Assembly (NCBI GenBank): GCA_951406725.2
Contig: OX597823.1
Location: 85,560,001 to 85,624,000 of the forward strand
Length of the DNA stretch: 64,000 nt
Direction of reading: 5' to 3'
Source: Octopus vulgaris
Taxonomy: Eukaryota
Shown here in pieces: positions 58,482-64,000 of the stretch; within the stretch, counting starts at the first letter, position 1, and each line of letters starts with the position of its first letter. Below the pieces are notes generated by a model that saw only the letters and a program-made list of their open reading frames with translations, made no database searches and was not told the DNA's origin. Position numbers and translations under genes: made by a program.

Positions 58482-59557
58482 TATGTTTGACTTTTGCTTT
58501 ATATTTGTACAAGTTGGCTCCAAGTCTCACCCAGAGACCTCAAGAGACAACAGGGTTGGAAGTTCATGTTGTTGTTATGCCTAGTGTGCCATATATTTGG
58601 GGGGTGGGGATGTTGTACTAATGAATGTCTAAAAAAAAGTTTTTTTTTTTGTTTTTTTTTAAACCGAAAATTATGTTTGTTTTAAACCTTGAGATTACAT
58701 AGAGAGTATTTTGCGTAGGATATGAGCAGTTCCCATGAGCACTATCTTTTGAACTTCTGCCATTTTTGGGTTTCCTGGTATCTGAGTTAGGTAGCTATCA
58801 GCCCCTTTTGCTATCATTCCCAGGGCACCTATGACAACAGGTATTGTTTTAGTCTTCAGCTTCCACATTTTGCTGATTTCTATTTTCTAGATCTTTATAT
58901 TTGCTCAGTTTTTGGTAGGTCTTGACAGATACGTTTATATCGATTGGGACAGTCATATCAATGAGGAGGCATGTTCTTTGTTTGAAGTCTTTCAATATGA
59001 TGTCTGGCATATTTGCATCTATCTTCCTATCAGTTTGAATGGGGAAGTTCCAGAGGAGTGAGATGTGGTCATTTTCAAGCACTGGGTAGGTTTGTGTTCC
59101 CACCAGTTTTTTTCATGGGGCAAATCCAGGTTTTTACAGATTACCCAGTGAATATATTGTGCAGCTCTATCGTGCCTGTTGAGATACTCTGTAGGCGCTA
59201 GAAGACTGCACTTGGAGACCACATGGTCAATGGTTTCATTTTGTTGCTTGCATACACGACACGTTGGACTGCTTCTGATCTTTAATATGTTGGCCTGGTA
59301 GTTTCTTGTTGGTAGGCATTGATCTTGAGCTGCTATGATAAACCCCTCTGTTTCAGATTTTAAGCCAGAGGCCATTAGCCATTGATGGGTCAGGGCTTTG
59401 TCGATATCTGCATTATTCGCTCTCTTTGGGTATTTGCCATAGAGAGGTTTTTCTTGCCATTTATTATTCAGAATATCTAAGGCCGCAGTTTTGGCACGGG
59501 TTTTCATGCGCCTAGCTTTTTCTGTGCTTGTTTCTTGTATATCTATCTCTAATTCCG
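58481..59557 (-). mobile_element. R4/Dong-like 3' fragment (array unit 4)
   Basis: WQEKPLYGKY, LKSETEGFIIAAQDQCLPTRNY, CRVC..ETIDHVVSKC, YLNRHD, LWNFPIQTDRKIDANMPDII. Confidence 0.9.
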
Positions 59558-59598
59558 ATTATTATTATTATTATTATTATTATTATAATTATTATTAT

Positions 59599-60002
59599 TC
59601 TTATCCCGTGCTTTCACTGCACTACCGAGCTCAACACTGTGTGCGTTGGTTATGTGCTGTGCGTTGTTGTGGTATTCTTATTTTCACTGTATTGAAAGTG
59701 TTTTAGGCAAGATGTGTGCGGTGCACATCAGTGCAATTTTCTGTATGTTATATATACTTGTAAGAATTGAGGTTTTTGTTATGCATCTCTCTGAATTTCT
59801 GATGCACTTAGTATAATAGGAATTGTTTCTGTTTTTAGGCTCCACATTCGAGTTACCTCTAATTCCAGAGTTTTGTATTTTGAGAATTTCTTCGTTTCTT
59901 TTAGAGAAACTTTATTATCTGTTGGTGTTGATAAATCGATTTAAAAACATATTTTTCTTGGTGATCTCTGACAACTATATCCGGCCAATGGGCCTTAGTT
60001 TC
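59599..60002 (-). mobile_element. R4/Dong-like 3' fragment (array unit 5, same subfamily as unit 3)
   Basis: ETKAHWPDIVVRDHQEK; 3' UTR GTGCTTTCACT..ACTACCGAGC shared with 57800-57830. Confidence 0.8.
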
Positions 60003-60060
<58 letters not shown>

Positions 60061-60063
60061 GTT

Positions 60064-60100
<37 letters not shown>

Positions 60101-60101
<1 letters not shown>

Positions 60102-61065
60102 ATATTGTTTTACTTCTCAGAGTGTTCGGTCTTGTTTACTCCACTTGATTCTGTGAGAACGGACAGCAGCCTCTTGTCAGAGGTCTTTCCGCACATTATA
60201 AACTTTGATACTCGGTTGTTAATTATCGTGGGAGACAATCAACATCCAAGTACCAATCTCAAAATCCTAGCTATACCCAGCAGAGCAGTTTTGGAGGTTT
60301 GCGCTGCTCTCATGTCAATTCCGAGTGCTCCTACATCTACTGCGATGATAGCCACTCTCCTCATAATCCCCATTATTGTAATTTCGTCTTTTCTGTAAAT
60401 TCGGTACTTTTCAATCGCTTCTAATTCTTTGTCACTTATGCGTGCATCCCGAGGTATTGCAATATCTATAAGCGTGGTTTCCTTTTTTTTTCTATCTACT
60501 ACAACAATATCTGGTCTCCGAGCATCAATTAAGAAGTCACACTGAATTGCAAAGTCCCACAGTATCTTATATTCCTTGTCCTTGCTAACTCCTTTGGGTT
60601 CATGTCCGTATTATGTCCGTGCTCTGACCAGGCCTTACTTTTACATAGCCTCCAGTAGACGAACTTATCCACGTCATCCTTTTGTGGTGTTTTTGGGCCA
60701 GCTTGCTACATTCACTAACAATATGTGAGATTGTTTCACTTTTACCACCACACATCCTTCAAAGGAGTCATTCACTGTTCTTATCTAGTTGAAACTTGTA
60801 ATTAGTTGTCAGAGTTTGTTCCTGGGCGCTGCATAGAAATGCCCCAGCGCATCCTTTCAAATCACTTATTCTTAGCCAATTCCAAGTGCTTATCTTGTCT
60901 TTTCCTTCGATTTCTCTTAGCATTGCCCATGCAGTGATTTCATTTACCATTTATTTATTCTTTCTTCATCTTATTTCTTAAATATTTGTGGGTGCATCAT
61001 ATTTTCGGTAGGTATTGTATTGTTAATTCTAACAACGGCAAGCAAGGTTTCACTCTGCTGTTTGT
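60101..61065 (-). mobile_element. R4/Dong-like 3' fragment (array unit 6)
   Basis: WNWLRISDLK..FLCSAQEQTLTTNY, CGGKSETISHIVSECSKLA, ILWDFAIQCDFLIDARRPDIVV; 3' end at (GAT)n(AAT)n. Confidence 0.8.
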
Positions 61066-61354
61066 ATTATTAGTAGTATTATTATTCGCTGCTAAGTCTT
61101 TCAGATGCTTTAAAATGTTGCCAGAACAATTCTTGATATTTTACAAGTTTAAATGAAGAAAGTCATTTTTACTTCAGATAGTATTCGAAGCAGAAAGAAT
61201 CCTTGAAGAATTTGTAATCTCTATACCACACTGTTTTTTCTTTATAATATTTCCATATGATTTTATTGACTTAATTCAAACCAAAAATTTCCTCTCCCTT
61301 TTCAGGATGCACACCTAAATGAAATTACATTAAACAACACGATTTACTAAGTTC

Positions 61355-61562
61355 ACATTAGTCCGGTCTCCCGGTTTCTCTGATGTATATATTCTTCCCT
61401 GAACGGGACGCCGGTCGTTCGCAGGATTACACATTTTACCAGCTGAGTGGAATGCAGCAGTAAGAAATGAAAGTTTTTGCTTAAGAGTACAAGGTTTCGC
61501 CTGATCCAGGAGGATTCGAAACCTCAATCTTACGATCATGAGTCCGCAAAGTCATGCGCCTC
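61355..61562 (-). mobile_element. CORE-type SINE variant
   Basis: Minus strand GGCGCATG..GGTTTCGAATCC..CTTAAGCAAAAACTTTC..CACTCAGCTGGTAAAATG..CCTGCGAACGACCGGCGTCCCGTTCAGGG..GAAACCGGG. Confidence 0.65.
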
Positions 61563-61724
61563 TACAAAAGAGATACGAAATATTTTAGAAAAGAAGGTTA
61601 AAATTTTCACAACAGAACAAACAAATGATAGAACACGAAGAAATATTTTCACAAACAGCCTAGCATTAAAGACAACACGTTTCACGGTATAAGCAATAGT
61701 TACGATTGACTTGTAAGCAACGCA

Positions 61725-62215
61725 CAACACTGCTGAACATGACGAACGGGTACGCTGGAAGTAAGCGTTTAAGATTCGCTGCCTTGAATAAACTGGTACC
61801 CTAACCCTGTGTGAGAGGATTCTTACGATATTCATTTCAAAATAATAGAAACAGAGGGACACACAGGAATATAAAGCAACATGGAACTACTATAGATATC
61901 ATAGCAGCCCCAGAAGTTTAGCGGTAAATAAAAAATAACTAACATAATCAATAACAACAGTAGATTTGTACGCACTCAGGGGATGGGCCAACACAGCAGA
62001 ACACGAAAAACAGGTACGCTAGGAGAAAGCGTTTAAGAATACACGACTTAAATTTTTTTTTTTGTTAAAAAAACTGACGTCCTAGCTCCATGTGTAAGGA
62101 TCTTTGCAATATCCTTCACAAAACAATGGTAACACAGCACCTTACAGGAATCTTAAAAGCAGCTTGAGTCTTATATAGATATCACAGAATCCTCACGAAG
62201 TTAGCGGCAACTCAC
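61725..62215 (+). repeat. Diverged tandem duplication (period ~265-280 bp)
   Basis: CAACAC.GC.GAACA..GGTACGCT.G.AG.AAGCGTTTAAGA..ACAGGAAT..TATAGATATCA.AG..GAAGTT(T)AGCGG occurs twice. Confidence 0.7.
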
Positions 62216-62811
62216 AAACAATGAAACTAAAAATATACAAACTAATTCAACTACAGTAAATCAAACAACTTTAGTCCAGAATCTCACCTATTGTACATCA
62301 CATAAAAACATAACAGACAAGAATTAGACGCATTGACTTTGTAAGCGTTATAAAAATCTCTCGTGGTTCGTACGAATATTTTTCCATAGTAATTTTGCTG
62401 TTGTTCATAACATCTGATATTTTTTCTTCCTTTCTTCCAACCTTGTTTCCTTCTTTTCTTCTTTTTTCGATTCATTTATGTATGTATTGTGGTATCAATT
62501 CGTAAGTATGATTATATAAGACCTTTTCAGCAAAGATCATTTCTATTTTCATCGAATATAAGACACAAAAGATAAATAAATAAACACTAAGCCTTCAATT
62601 AAAGCCAAAAGATTCATTCTTTGTTCTCTCTCGCCAACTTTAAATATATATAAACACACACACACAAAAGCACACAAAAATTGCAACACACAAACACGTA
62701 TACAAACGTTACCACACAACACACACACTCACTTGTGTGTGTGTGTGTGTAACTCTTTCAAGCGACCTATTACTGTATCTCTGTCACTCTATCTGTCTAT
62801 CTATCTATCTG

Positions 62812-62908
<97 letters not shown>

Positions 62909-63064
62909 ATATATATATATATATATGTCCGTCTATGTATGTATATATATCATATATATCGGTCTGTCTGTCTATCCGTCTACCTACCTCTCCTTCTACC
63001 TACCTCTCCCTTCTCTCTTTCTCTTTTGTCCATCTATAAATCTATGTGCATATATCTGTATGTA

Positions 63065-63100
<36 letters not shown>

Positions 63101-63627
63101 AATATCTATGTACACATAATCGCATTATGCTTAAACACATAAATACACACATTCTGACTCATATAACCAAATATTTCCGAATATACACACACACACACAC
63201 ACATACACACACATACACACATACATACACACACACATATATATAAGGATATACACATACGTAGGTGTGTACCTGCGTGTGCATATATACACGCATGTAT
63301 ATATATGAGTCTAAGCGCTTGAAAGTGTATATTTGCAAATGGTTCCAATACGTGCTAATATTAATAGTGTTTGAGATACGCGTTTAAATTTGCTGTAAGT
63401 ATGTATTTTCCTTGGTGTCTGTAATTATATCTCAGTAACTCTGTGTTGTGTGCGCATAAACTGCGAATATACACCTTCAAAACCATTCTATATATAGACA
63501 AGTTTGAAGTGGTACAAAAGCGGTAAAAAAATGAGACACTTTGATAGATTTTAATGCTCTATACATACATACATAACTCTCTCTCTCTTTCTCCTTCTGT
63601 ATATATATTTATATATATATATATGTA

Positions 63628-63674
<47 letters not shown>

Positions 63675-64000
63675 TTGTGTGTGTGTGCATGAGTGTGTGT
63701 GTGTGGTTTCATATTTATATATACTAACAAAAAAGCACATTTGTGTTTGTTCATATATTCGTGTACGGTGAGTTGGATAAAAAGTATAGAACAAAAGAAA
63801 AACATAGACATACGTTCATACACTCAGAGACAGATACACACAAACACACGCACACAGATACACACGCATATATACATTCATAAGCATATATATGTATGCG
63901 CACTCATACATATATACCTACAAAAGGCATTCTTATATACATATGTATATAGTATTTTCTGAATAAGAAGATATCATTCGTATAGAAGTTAGACCGGTAC

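Overview
AT-rich, microsatellite-saturated eukaryotic DNA. The SINE families and (TA)n/(CA)n/(AAT)n/(GATA)n load suggest an octopus/cephalopod genome (inferred from repeat content, not tested). No intact host gene is supportable, and most listed ORFs are translated microsatellites. The window holds several tRNA-derived SINE families and CR1-like LINE remnants (best copy 46.6-48.4 kb, frameshifted RT). It also holds an RTE-like 3' fragment, Penelope-like element (PLE) remnants (RT at 7-9 kb, GIY-YIG at 34.7 kb), a Helitron nested in a hAT MITE, and a 7.5-kb head-to-tail array of R4/Dong-like retrotransposons mostly separated by (TAA)n. Highlights: (1) one near-canonical type-I hammerhead ribozyme inside a fold-back palindrome, plus several variant or degenerate hammerhead-like motifs, mostly in short (TA)n-anchored PLE-type remnants. 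(2) Two SINE/LINE pairs with shared, covarying 3' stem-loops. (3) Many inverted duplications with arms from about 25 bp to about 0.9 kb, which are potential dsRNA substrates. Repeat boundaries were read by eye and are approximate.
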